Shown piece by piece: positions 1 to 9,210 of a DNA stretch of 17,746 nt. The position numbers and the translations under genes are program-made. The notes under the pieces were generated by a model. That model saw nothing but the letters and a program-made list of their open reading frames with translations. It had not been told where the DNA came from and made no database searches. Origin of the DNA: a virus (Duplodnaviria > Heunggongvirae > Uroviricota > Caudoviricetes); the IMG/VR virus record IMGVR_UViG_3300009941_000125, positions 95,540 through 113,285 of that record, one strand, 5' to 3'. Each line of letters opens with the position of its first letter. Within the stretch, counting starts at the first letter, position 1.

Positions 1-1997
1 GTAGTAAGACCAATACCATAAGTATCAACTAAAAAAGTACCAGTAACATTTGCGTCTAATGCATATTTTGCAGCTAAACTTGTTACATAATGCCCATATG
101 CTTCAGTTTGAGTATAAGTAGCATAACCAGTTCCACCAGTAGCACTGTTATGAAAAATACCAGCAACGCCGGTAGCACTATCAGTTTCAGCGTATAAAGC
201 ACCTGCGCTTGTACTAAGTGAAATAGGAACAAAAGGACCACCATTTTTAACCCAAACTCCATATACACTTGATCCCCCTGATGCACTATCATCAATTTGC
301 ATTCCTCCACCAACTTGGCTTCCAACATCAAAAACATATGCAGTAGAAGCCACCGCATTTACTCCTACATTAAAAAGATTAGTAAATGTTCCAGAAAATT
401 GAAAAGCATAGTCCCAAGTTCCACTTAACCATATCGCAGTTCTAGTAACAGTAGCGGCAACATCATTATTAGCGATAGAAAGACCTCTAACTTGTTGAGT
501 AAAGCCATCTCTTAAATTTAAGTTTATAGAAACGCCCTGTAAATAAGAAACCCCTAAAAGCCCAGTGGTACTATCATCTAAACTCAAGACAATTCCATAT
601 AATGAAGAATCATCTAAGGTTTGTTCTGCAGCTATATTAATTCCTCTTATAGTTGCAATCCCTGCACTAAGATCTAAATCTAATCCATACTTCCAAGCAC
701 CTTCACCGCTAAAACAGGAGGTGGCAGGGTAAGTAGAGTTAGTGTTATGGCAATAAATTCCTAGAGAGTGATTTTGTAAATTTAAATCATAATCATCCAT
801 ATCAACTTCAACTTCTAATCCTGTTAAATAATGAAAAGCTGTAGTTGGGTTTTTAACATAAAATTTTGATCCTAAAAGAGTTCCACCACCAGCAACTATG
901 CCATTTCCCATTACATCAAATAAATATCCTTGAACAGCCGTAGAAGTACTTGTTGTAAAAAATTCAGTTTCCCCCGTTGTTTGCATTAACATTGTTTGTG
1001 TTGTAGTAGATGTAGGCCCATAAAAATATTCAAGAGCCAATTGTTGACCATTTACAATAGTATCTTTAAATAAATACCATCCAAATAAAAGTGCAGATGA
1101 CCCTCCATCTGCTATTAATTTAAGACCACTATTATAATTTAATCCACCATCAGCAAGTAAATAACAATCTTTTCTACTCGATGCCCCAACTATGTAATTA
1201 ATATCATAAGGAGCAACAAATTTCATATAATCATAGGTTGTGCCAAGCCAATCAGCATCCCAGCTAAGAGTAGCATTGTTTGTTCCTGGATACCCTTGAT
1301 TAAAAGTAATAAATGTTGTATCTGCATCAGTATCAGTCCCTAAAATAAGTCCTGGTTTTATCCATAAATCTAATCCATTCGTATCTATAGTTGTAGCTAC
1401 AGCTAGTGTTCCCCCTAGAGAAACGACACCGGCAGTTTCAGTTAAACCATTAGTAAAAGTCATAGAACTAAGATCAATAACAGTTTCACCTATATATTGA
1501 TACCCAGTTATCCAAAAACTTGTTGCTGTTGGAGGGGTATCTTGAAATATTAAAACTCCTGTTTTTTCATCAAAAAACCAATCACTAGTATCAGAAGAAG
1601 GAATTTCATTAGCTGGAACAGCAGCATTATTTTTATATAAACGAACTGAATAGGTAACACCATATTTAGAAGGAATCCAATTTACCATTCTAGTAGGAAA
1701 TGTCGGGGCAACTCCAGGATAAGGAGTACAGGCAATCCAGCCTTTACTATCTGCAACACTAGGATCTTCTGTCAATCTAATAGCGCCCGCTATATCATAT
1801 TCAGTAGCAAGACCAGCCGCAACAGCTGCGGCAGGGTCATTATCAGGAAGAGTTTCTGCAAAAATATCTCCTCCATCAATAAGAAATCCACCACCTAAAG
1901 CTTCTTCATAATAAGCTTTGGTTGTAGTAGATGTATCAGCCTTTCCCTTAGCTTTCTTAAATACAACGTCTAATTTTGTGTTATCGTTTAAAGACAT
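1..1997 (-). CDS. Large fibre-like virion protein, >665 aa, 3' end runs off the window (absent from the ORF track)
   Basis: Hand translation: ATG at 1997, 4 nt after the upstream TGA, and no stop down to base 1. Begins MSLNDNTKLDVVFKKAKGKADTSTTTKAYYEE and continues LTEDPSV...NWIPSKYGVTYSV...DWFFDEKTGVLIF...ITGYQYIG, then TFTNGLTETAGVVSLGGTLAVATTIDT, then Gly/Tyr-spaced beta repeats (YGIVL, VYGVWV, AGIFH, AYGHYV). Confidence 0.85.
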   Translation of the reverse strand, partial: MSLNDNTKLDVVFKKAKGKADTSTTTKAYYEEALGGGFLIDGGDIFAETLPDNDPAAAVAAGLATEYDIAGAIRLTEDPSVADSKGWIACTPYPGVAPTFPTRMVNWIPSKYGVTYSVRLYKNNAAVPANEIPSSDTSDWFFDEKTGVLIFQDTPPTATSFWITGYQYIGETVIDLSSMTFTNGLTETAGVVSLGGTLAVATTIDTNGLDLWIKPGLILGTDTDADTTFITFNQGYPGTNNATLSWDADWLGTTYDYMKFVAPYDINYIVGASSRKDCYLLADGGLNYNSGLKLIADGGSSALLFGWYLFKDTIVNGQQLALEYFYGPTSTTTQTMLMQTTGETEFFTTSTSTAVQGYLFDVMGNGIVAGGGTLLGSKFYVKNPTTAFHYLTGLEVEVDMDDYDLNLQNHSLGIYCHNTNSTYPATSCFSGEGAWKYGLDLDLSAGIATIRGINIAAEQTLDDSSLYGIVLSLDDSTTGLLGVSYLQGVSINLNLRDGFTQQVRGLSIANNDVAATVTRTAIWLSGTWDYAFQFSGTFTNLFNVGVNAVASTAYVFDVGSQVGGGMQIDDSASGGSSVYGVWVKNGGPFVPISLSTSAGALYAETDSATGVAGIFHNSATGGTGYATYTQTEAYGHYVTSLAAKYALDANVTGTFLVDTYGIGLT

Positions 1998-2001
1998 TTG
2001 T

Positions 2002-5000
2002 TCACCACCCTATCTCTGTTAAATTTGTTAAAAGAGGAACTGTATTATTTAATAACGTTATTCTTATAATATACATATACCCAGAGGCCGCGGTACTAAA
2101 TCCTCCTGCCGTCCATCCAAACTCATCATCGCTTTCAGAAATTCTACAACCATCACCATCTATACCTGTAAAAGTACCAGCATTATATGCTGTACCTAAA
2201 TCAAGCCACCCAGTTTGTGTTGGTAGTTTAATTTCAACTTTCGCTTTTGGAGAACCAGTAGTATCAAAAGTTGATAATGTCCATCCAATTAATTCTAATA
2301 ATCCACTCAAATGTGGAGTCCCTGAATCATACATTGCTCTTATATAATACTGACTTCCAGAGAATCCAGAATAATCTGCTGTTTGTGCTGGCAAATATCC
2401 TACAGTATGATCAAGTCTAGGATAATAAAGACCATTATTATAACATTGAGCCTCTCCATCATCTAATGCTGTTGATTCTGTCCATACTCCCGCTATAATT
2501 CCAGGAATAAGATCAAACGCATCAACGCCTGAAGTATTATCTCCTTGAGTATTAAAATAACTCAATCGTCTATATTCATCTGTAAAATATTCAGTAAGAG
2601 CTGTTGCTCTAGTAGTTGAATATGTATTAACTAATCTATTTTCAGAGGCAGATTGAACTGTGGCCCCACTTCCAAAAGGATCTCTTCCTTGACAACTTGC
2701 TCTTGCATTTATGGAATATATATTAGCAAGATTAAGTAATATAAGCGCAGAATAATCAAAAGTATCTGCAACGTTAGGAGGGCTTCCATAGCCAGAAGAA
2801 CTAGGATCTCCAACTGAAATAGTTCTATCTACAATTCCAATCGTCGATAATGTTAACAACATAGGGGTTGCGTGATAAGTATTAGCAAAAGGATTAGTTA
2901 AACCTGCTCCAATAGTAAATGCATCGTTAGTAGTATAATATACCAACCCTGATAAATGTCTAGCAGCAGAGAAAATTGTTTGAACTACAGTTGGTATAGC
3001 CGAAGTAGGGCTAGTTGCTGCAGTATCATAAAAGAATTTTCTTATCGTAGTTGTTTCATCCACAATAACTCCTCCCATGTTTGTATGTTTTACATAAACT
3101 TGATTTTCTCCAGCAGCAAAATCTGTAGAATCAATATTAATAGTAGCATTTCCTTTTTGCCAACCAGCATAGTCATTATATTTACCCACAGATGTAATAG
3201 TTATATATCCGCCAGGAGTTGTGTAAGGTAAACCAGATCCGCCAGCATATGTAGCGCCTTGATCACTTGTTCTAAAGGTTTCATCAAAGGCAGTTTCTAA
3301 ATCAAACGTTTCAACCATCGTAACCGCACCGGTTCCACCTTTATAAATCCAAACCTCTAAATCACCTTTATCTGCATAATTAAAAGTTGTTGCTTGTGTT
3401 GCTATAGAAGGAACTCTTCCATTAAAAGTTGCATCTTCTATTAAAGTATCGTGAGATGTTCCTGCGACTAAACTAATAAAATTATTTGGACCTCCTGTAG
3501 ACATATAGCCAGAAACAATTGTTGTATTATAATATTCGATATCTATTCCATCTAAGGTTAAAGCATTATCAGGGAGCAAATAATCAATTAATTGAGCTAA
3601 TTCATCAATGGCTGCTTTATGATCTGTTGCTGTTAAACCAGAAACAGTATTATTATAATCAATTAATCCTGGAAAATAAGATTTACCATCAGATTTAATT
3701 TCTACAATAGTTGCTGCATTTAATGTTATTGCCAACGGGTCTTTTCCGACGGCAGTACGAAGAACCATTGCTCCATTAATAGCATCAACATCAAAAGTAT
3801 CGCTTGTTCCGTCAGTAGTATGAATGCCTTCTAAATCTAACCATGCGTACGGGGAAGAAGCGACTGTACTTCCAACAGAAACATAAGATTTTCCATAATC
3901 ATCTGTTACTACTTTAGCATAAATATTAGAATCATTATTTTGAGTTAAAAATTGAACACCAGAACCTAAAGGAACAGCAGGGTTATTAATAGCCGCAAAA
4001 GATGTAATACCAAAATAAGTTGCAAAATTAACAACAACTTCATTTTTTAAATAAGAATAAGCAATTACATTTAACGAATCTCCCGTATCATTACCTATAT
4101 TAGTAATTCCGTTTAAATCTGCTTGATTATTTACTGTAAGAAAATCGAAGGTTCCGTTTGTTGCATTAATAGTCCCTACAGTATAAGTTCCAGTTATTTC
4201 TAAATCTCCATCAATATATACATCTTGATTAAATTCAAATCTATTATCACCTGTACTGTAAGTTAATAAGTAAGTACTTGAGGTATCAAAAGCTATTTTT
4301 CCTTCAAGCGTAATAAGAGGACCATAAAATTTAAAATCATGTTCAAAGTTATTACTAGAATTTTTAATAATTTCTAATACTTCATCCCCATAATTTTCAA
4401 TATAAAATATATTTCCACCATCTGTTGCAACAGTAGGATAAAAATTAGGAGCTTTTAACCCATCAATATTAAAAATATATGGACTGGTATCAAAAGCTGT
4501 TCCATTGCCGACAGTAAAAAGGCAATCGTCTTCATTTAAACTAGCCTCTGCTGTTAATAGCCCAGGAATTATATATATACCTCTCAAAGGATCTCGATCT
4601 TCTGGTTTATAACCAGTTGCAGACGCTCCGAAGTCTAATTGAAAACTATCAAAATATACTACTTCATTTGCATGCCCCATACTAAATGGCAGATCACCTG
4701 CTCCTGTTGCAAACGCAATATCAGAATCATCAGCAACAAAAAATGCATCAACTTCATATCTTACATATTCAGTAGTTAAAACAAAAGTTTGTACCTGTTC
4801 AATAGTAGGGAAAACACCAAAAACATCCCAGGTCTTTGTAACAAAATTCCAAATATTTCCAGAAGAATCAAATATAATAGAAACAGCAGTTTCTCCACCA
4901 ACCTCACCTTTTGCATAAAAAGAATAATTAAAATTAAAATATGGAGCTAATTCTACTTCTTGATTCATAACAGCAAGTGAACCAAGGGCATCAACTGTTA

Positions 5001-6864
5001 TTTTAGTAGCATTATCACCATCATAAGCATCTGCTGTAGGCTCAAATGTCGATGTTCCTCCAAAAGGAATTTCAAAATCCCAACCCGTTATTGCATAAGG
5101 TCCTGTAGTAAAAGTTTCAAGAGAATAGTTTACAAACCTATTTGAATAGATATATCCTAAAGTAAAATCAGTAACCTCATTTCCTATTTCTGTTTGAAAA
5201 GCGTCCAAATAAGCAGTAGTATTCGCTTGTCCAGTCATTCCTGGCGGAAAATCTCCACGAATAAAATAAAATGCATAAAAATTTGCTGAAGGATGAGTCT
5301 TAAAAGAAGCAGGATAATTTTGATATGCATTAGTTAAGGTATCAATTTTTATTTGCCCTGCAGTAATACCTCCCGCCCATTCCTCCCAAAGCCCTGTAGT
5401 CCAATCATAAAGTCCTTGTGGTTCTCCTCCCCCACTTTCAGTAGCTACCAACATAATACCAACTTTTTCTCCGCCAACATCTCCTTTACCATAATATGAT
5501 AATGTGTGGTCTTGTCCCCCAAGAGTAACAAAATATGTTCCAAATAACATTAATTGGCCATTAGCTCCTACATCAAATTTAACAGCAGTTGCTCCTTCAT
5601 ATGCATTAATAGGGGAAGCTCCTTCTAAAGAAGTATAAGATTCATCCGTATTGAATACAGCCATAGGAATAGTCATCGGAATCCAAAAATAAGGTTTATA
5701 ATTAAAAAATCTTTCAAATGAAGTATTATGAAACAAATTAGGTGCACCACTTTCAATGTAAGGGGTTGCAACAATTCCTTCTTCTAATTGTACAGCGTCA
5801 ATCAATGCAGATTTATTAGACGAACCACTAAAAATACCTATTCTAACATCTATATCTGTTTGTGTTACATCCGTTGTAAATGTTGGAGTAGTATATCGAT
5901 TCCAAACCCCTCCTGCAACAATAAGAAAATTATAACTACGAGATATAATTCCTGGGTCATCATCATCTTTCCAAGTATTATCTCCCCAATCATAAACTTG
6001 AGCAGTATCTCCCATTTCATCATAATAAAGTCTAATCTTTATATTTGCATCAGTATCTGTTGTATACCCGTAAAAAGAAAATATATGAGCTGTATTTGAA
6101 TTACAAGAAATCATTTGAACGAGATCTTCATCTACTTCTGTATAAAGTTCAGCTGAATAACTTCCATGATATGCAATAGGATTCGGTCTCGGATATATCT
6201 CATATCCTTCATAAGTTTCCCAGTTATTAAATACATAACTTTCAGTTGTATAAGCTTCTAAAGAAGGATTAAATAATTGATTACAATTATATCCCAATTG
6301 ATCTCTTGGAATAAGTATACCACCATTAATATTATTTAAAAACCCATCTCTAGTAAATGTATTATAATAAGGAAAAGAAGAAGTACTGTCTTTTAAAACA
6401 AGACTATTAGCATCAACAGTATTATCAACAATTATATTTGTTGGGTCAATAGCTCCTATAACAGTTAATTTTCCCCCAATATAAGTATCACCTGTTGTTG
6501 CATTAACAGAAAAATTAGCAACACTCCCCGCGTCTCTTAATTCTAAGTTATCACCTAAGTTATGTTGATATACGGTTGTTGCAGTTCTATCCCAAAGATT
6601 TTCTGCAGAATTATATTCTGACCAGTCTCCATCTACAAGAGGGTCATGAAAACCTGTGTTTAATTGATATGTTTTTCCATCACTTATAACATATACCAAC
6701 ATACCAACAGAACATCTATCATTAGCGATAGCATTCCTCTCTGTTGTATCAGCTACAACACGGAATCCACCTTTCCCATATATAGCATTATGAGTTGGGT
6801 TTGTATCTGCCGAATCAAAAGGTGTAATCGGCGATAAAACATTTGTTCCGAGTAATCTTACCAT
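2002..6864 (-). CDS. 1620-aa multi-domain receptor-binding/fibre protein with three tandem CBM4/9-like domains
   Basis: SD GGAGGGGA precedes the ATG. N-terminal PTH..GKGG..V..TTERNAI..R..GMLVYV module. Three ~180-aa repeats begin (Q/N)(L/R)F.N.S(L/F)E and end D(A/S)(V/F)Q(L/T)(E/D).G...T.(Y/F). A beta-helix-like stretch and a DYNNTVSGLTATDHKAAIDEL fibre motif follow, then a ~550-aa C-terminal region. Confidence 0.8.
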   Translation of the reverse strand: MVRLLGTNVLSPITPFDSADTNPTHNAIYGKGGFRVVADTTERNAIANDRCSVGMLVYVISDGKTYQLNTGFHDPLVDGDWSEYNSAENLWDRTATTVYQHNLGDNLELRDAGSVANFSVNATTGDTYIGGKLTVIGAIDPTNIIVDNTVDANSLVLKDSTSSFPYYNTFTRDGFLNNINGGILIPRDQLGYNCNQLFNPSLEAYTTESYVFNNWETYEGYEIYPRPNPIAYHGSYSAELYTEVDEDLVQMISCNSNTAHIFSFYGYTTDTDANIKIRLYYDEMGDTAQVYDWGDNTWKDDDDPGIISRSYNFLIVAGGVWNRYTTPTFTTDVTQTDIDVRIGIFSGSSNKSALIDAVQLEEGIVATPYIESGAPNLFHNTSFERFFNYKPYFWIPMTIPMAVFNTDESYTSLEGASPINAYEGATAVKFDVGANGQLMLFGTYFVTLGGQDHTLSYYGKGDVGGEKVGIMLVATESGGGEPQGLYDWTTGLWEEWAGGITAGQIKIDTLTNAYQNYPASFKTHPSANFYAFYFIRGDFPPGMTGQANTTAYLDAFQTEIGNEVTDFTLGYIYSNRFVNYSLETFTTGPYAITGWDFEIPFGGTSTFEPTADAYDGDNATKITVDALGSLAVMNQEVELAPYFNFNYSFYAKGEVGGETAVSIIFDSSGNIWNFVTKTWDVFGVFPTIEQVQTFVLTTEYVRYEVDAFFVADDSDIAFATGAGDLPFSMGHANEVVYFDSFQLDFGASATGYKPEDRDPLRGIYIIPGLLTAEASLNEDDCLFTVGNGTAFDTSPYIFNIDGLKAPNFYPTVATDGGNIFYIENYGDEVLEIIKNSSNNFEHDFKFYGPLITLEGKIAFDTSSTYLLTYSTGDNRFEFNQDVYIDGDLEITGTYTVGTINATNGTFDFLTVNNQADLNGITNIGNDTGDSLNVIAYSYLKNEVVVNFATYFGITSFAAINNPAVPLGSGVQFLTQNNDSNIYAKVVTDDYGKSYVSVGSTVASSPYAWLDLEGIHTTDGTSDTFDVDAINGAMVLRTAVGKDPLAITLNAATIVEIKSDGKSYFPGLIDYNNTVSGLTATDHKAAIDELAQLIDYLLPDNALTLDGIDIEYYNTTIVSGYMSTGGPNNFISLVAGTSHDTLIEDATFNGRVPSIATQATTFNYADKGDLEVWIYKGGTGAVTMVETFDLETAFDETFRTSDQGATYAGGSGLPYTTPGGYITITSVGKYNDYAGWQKGNATINIDSTDFAAGENQVYVKHTNMGGVIVDETTTIRKFFYDTAATSPTSAIPTVVQTIFSAARHLSGLVYYTTNDAFTIGAGLTNPFANTYHATPMLLTLSTIGIVDRTISVGDPSSSGYGSPPNVADTFDYSALILLNLANIYSINARASCQGRDPFGSGATVQSASENRLVNTYSTTRATALTEYFTDEYRRLSYFNTQGDNTSGVDAFDLIPGIIAGVWTESTALDDGEAQCYNNGLYYPRLDHTVGYLPAQTADYSGFSGSQYYIRAMYDSGTPHLSGLLELIGWTLSTFDTTGSPKAKVEIKLPTQTGWLDLGTAYNAGTFTGIDGDGCRISESDDEFGWTAGGFSTAASGYMYIIRITLLNNTVPLLTNLTEIGW
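4609..6279 (-). repeat. Three tandem carbohydrate-binding-module-like protein repeats (about 5757-6279, 5164-5739, 4609-5142)
   Basis: Starts QLFNPSLE / NLFHNTSFE / NRFVNYSLE. Internal AYHGSYSA / AYEGATAV / AYDGDNAT. Repeats 2 and 3 share YGKGDVGGE / YAKGEVGGE. Ends DAVQLEEGIVATPY / DAFQTEIGNEVTDF / DSFQLDFGASATGY. Confidence 0.8.
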
Positions 6865-6870
6865 CTATTC

Positions 6871-6880
6871 TCCCCTCCTA
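6871..6880 (-). promoter_or_regulatory. Shine-Dalgarno TAGGAGGGGA fused to the upstream TAG stop
   Basis: 6 nt upstream of the ATG at 6864. Confidence 0.8.
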
Positions 6881-8659
6881 GGATACGATCTGCCATGTTA
6901 TAGCACTATCGCTTGTTGCGTTATTTGTATAAATTACTATGTACGTCGCGGTCGCCCCTGACGCATTAGTAAATGACATAGTTGTTTCAGTATAATCTGT
7001 GAAATCTAATCCACCAATTTTTGTTTGAGTTGGACTCCCCCATGTTTGAGGATAAATGTAAAATAAATTATTTGGAGGACCGCCATCAGGAGTTACAATC
7101 GAAGCATCAAAGGCCTTACTAGCTACTCTAGAAGTACCAAATTCTGAAGAAAAATTAGCTAAAATTTCTGCATTAGTAGGTAAATTAGTTCCTCCCGTTA
7201 CAGGCCAAACTCCCCAATATCTTTTCCATCTAAAAGGAATTGTTGTTGTTGCAGAATCTGCATAAGAATCATCACCAACAGTATTTAATGTATATGTATA
7301 AGTTGTGGCACTAACAGGGCTCAAAGCAGGTGCAATCGTTCCTGCATAAGTTCTTACCGTTCCCGGTGTTACTGTTACTGGGGTGCCAACTAAGTTAGTT
7401 CCAGAAATTATTTGAGAAGCATTAGTTTCACCATCTCTTAACATGACCCAATTAAATGTTGTAGAAGCAACTGATGAGCCAACTTCATGAGTTCCAGATT
7501 GTGTATTAGTAAATGATGAAATTTCATCATTTGCAACGATTAAAGATTCAGGAATTCCTGTTACTTTTCCTATTGTAGTCACCCCACTCCTTTTACAAAT
7601 ATCTCCTATAGATATTGTCCCATCAAAAGATAAACCATCTCCAACAGTATCATCAACATATTTTTTATCAACAATTTCTGTATCGGTTGTAAATGTTGGA
7701 TGTAAATTATAAGATGCAATTCCAGTTGAACCGCTAACTATAAATCTAGCGGTATCTGTTCCATCGCGAACTTCTAAAGTATCTCCTAAATTATATTGAT
7801 ATATAGTTGTTCCAGATCTTTTCCATAAATCAGAGTCAGCTAATTCGCTCCATACTCCGTTCTCTCTAAATTTAAATTTTGTTGAAGCTGAATCATAATA
7901 TATTTGACCATCTTGTGGCGGAGAAGGTTCGACTGCTGCATTTAATTGTAAATAAGCATCTGATTCTATTCCTCCACTACTTCCAAAAAGAGATGCAGTT
8001 ATATTTCCAGCCCCATCTCTAACGAATAAATTAAAACTTAAAGTTAAAGGGGCTAAACCTCCCGCAACAGTCGTCCATAATGAAGAAGACCCTAATGTTT
8101 CCCACGAATCATCTTCTCTAAACTTAAATTCTTTTGCAATAGAATCATAATAAAATTGACCATTAGAAACGCTCGTTGGAACGCTTCCCGGTGTTAATCC
8201 TATATAAGTAGGAGATAATAATGCTCCTGTTAATGTTAAGTTTCCTGTTAATGAAGAATCACCTACGATAGTTGCAGCGCCCGTTGAAATTGTTCCTGTA
8301 ATAACAGTATTTCCAGTAGAAGCATCAACGCCAAACGTTTCTACACCACCACTAGTTCTAACAGATAAATCATCTCCTGGATTTATAGGAAATAATGTTT
8401 GAGATGCTCTACTCCAATAAGCGCCTGTCCCTGGGCCTAATTTCGATAAATCTGAGTATTGAAAATCCGTCTCTTCTTGACAAGTTGTATTTAAGTGGAT
8501 AGTAAAGCCATATCCTGGGCTTACTTCTATCCACTGAATAGATCCAGCACCCATTTGGGCTCCAGGATCTTCTTGAAAATCTATTGTTATTTGACTTGCT
8601 ACTGTTACTGAAGCATCAGCAACGTAATAATCTACACATCCTCTTGGGAATATAGGCAT
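6878..8659 (-). CDS. 593-aa fibre-like virion protein with internal repeats and an Ig-like C-terminal half
   Basis: SD AAGGAGG. Two GQ.YYDS...FKFRE..W repeats and three W.R..../GD.L.VR repeats. The fibre motif IVDKKYVDD precedes Thr-rich beta-sandwich-like sequence (TYTYTLNTVG...TTTIPFRWKRYWG). Confidence 0.75.
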   Translation of the reverse strand: MPIFPRGCVDYYVADASVTVASQITIDFQEDPGAQMGAGSIQWIEVSPGYGFTIHLNTTCQEETDFQYSDLSKLGPGTGAYWSRASQTLFPINPGDDLSVRTSGGVETFGVDASTGNTVITGTISTGAATIVGDSSLTGNLTLTGALLSPTYIGLTPGSVPTSVSNGQFYYDSIAKEFKFREDDSWETLGSSSLWTTVAGGLAPLTLSFNLFVRDGAGNITASLFGSSGGIESDAYLQLNAAVEPSPPQDGQIYYDSASTKFKFRENGVWSELADSDLWKRSGTTIYQYNLGDTLEVRDGTDTARFIVSGSTGIASYNLHPTFTTDTEIVDKKYVDDTVGDGLSFDGTISIGDICKRSGVTTIGKVTGIPESLIVANDEISSFTNTQSGTHEVGSSVASTTFNWVMLRDGETNASQIISGTNLVGTPVTVTPGTVRTYAGTIAPALSPVSATTYTYTLNTVGDDSYADSATTTIPFRWKRYWGVWPVTGGTNLPTNAEILANFSSEFGTSRVASKAFDASIVTPDGGPPNNLFYIYPQTWGSPTQTKIGGLDFTDYTETTMSFTNASGATATYIVIYTNNATSDSAITWQIVS

Positions 8660-8678
8660 TATTATCTACCCTCCTTTA

Positions 8679-9044
8679 TTATTCTCCAGCAGCTTCTAAA
8701 AAAATATTAGCAGTGTTTCCACTAGCATTAGAAATATGTAGAGAAGTGATAGTTCCACCTTGAATTAAAAATTTTTCTTTAAAAGGTATTGCCGGGGTCC
8801 CTGTTCCATTTAATTTTATTGATACATCTTGATCCGATGTAATAAATATATCTTCAACAGTAGTCATATCATTAATCTCTAACTCTTTATCGGCAGTTCC
8901 ATCAATAATTGCAAATCCTTGAGTTGAAAATTTTGATCTAGTTGTTGTATCATTAGTAGTTTTAGTCACATAAACATCTGCAGTCGTTGCATTCGTAATC
9001 GTTGATGTTAAATTTTGTGCAATACTAACTTGAGTTGTAGCCAT
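8679..9044 (-). CDS. 121-aa hypothetical virion protein, paralog of 15565..15909
   Basis: SD TAAGGAGG. Starts MATT; the C-terminal half FITSDQDVSIKLNG...TITSLHISNASGNTANI aligns by eye with the 114-aa protein. Confidence 0.75.
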   Translation of the reverse strand: MATTQVSIAQNLTSTITNATTADVYVTKTTNDTTTRSKFSTQGFAIIDGTADKELEINDMTTVEDIFITSDQDVSIKLNGTGTPAIPFKEKFLIQGGTITSLHISNASGNTANIFLEAAGE

Positions 9045-9052
9045 TTTTTGTT

Positions 9053-9060
9053 CCTCCTTA
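9053..9060 (-). promoter_or_regulatory. Shine-Dalgarno TAAGGAGG fused to the stop codon of the zinc-finger ORF
   Basis: 8 nt upstream of the ATG at 9044. Confidence 0.85.
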
Positions 9061-9210
9061 ATAATTTACTGTTTCATTATGAATTTCTTTCATGTGAATT
9101 CTATATGCAGGTAATGGTAAATAAAGATAACAATGTGGACATCTTATCCACCAACCTTCATACTCTATATATTGTTTATATATTTTGTTTTGTTGATTCT
9201 CTAATGTCAT
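9058..9210 (-). CDS. 50-aa C2H2-type zinc-finger protein (absent from the ORF track)
   Basis: Hand translation MTLENQQNKIYKQYIEYEGWWIRCPHCYLYLPLPAYRIHMKEIHNETVNY*, giving C-x2-C-x11-H-x4-H. GGAG lies 8 nt upstream of the ATG. It overlaps the endolysin 3' end by 35 nt, and its TAA is the start of the next gene's TAAGGAGG SD, so it fills the gap. Confidence 0.75.
   Translation of the reverse strand: MTLENQQNKIYKQYIEYEGWWIRCPHCYLYLPLPAYRIHMKEIHNETVNY

Noticed and set aside
6541-8163. Possible DGR template/variable repeat pair
   Set aside because: Mismatches are not adenine-specific, both copies are coding and mid-gene, and there is no reverse transcriptase in the window.
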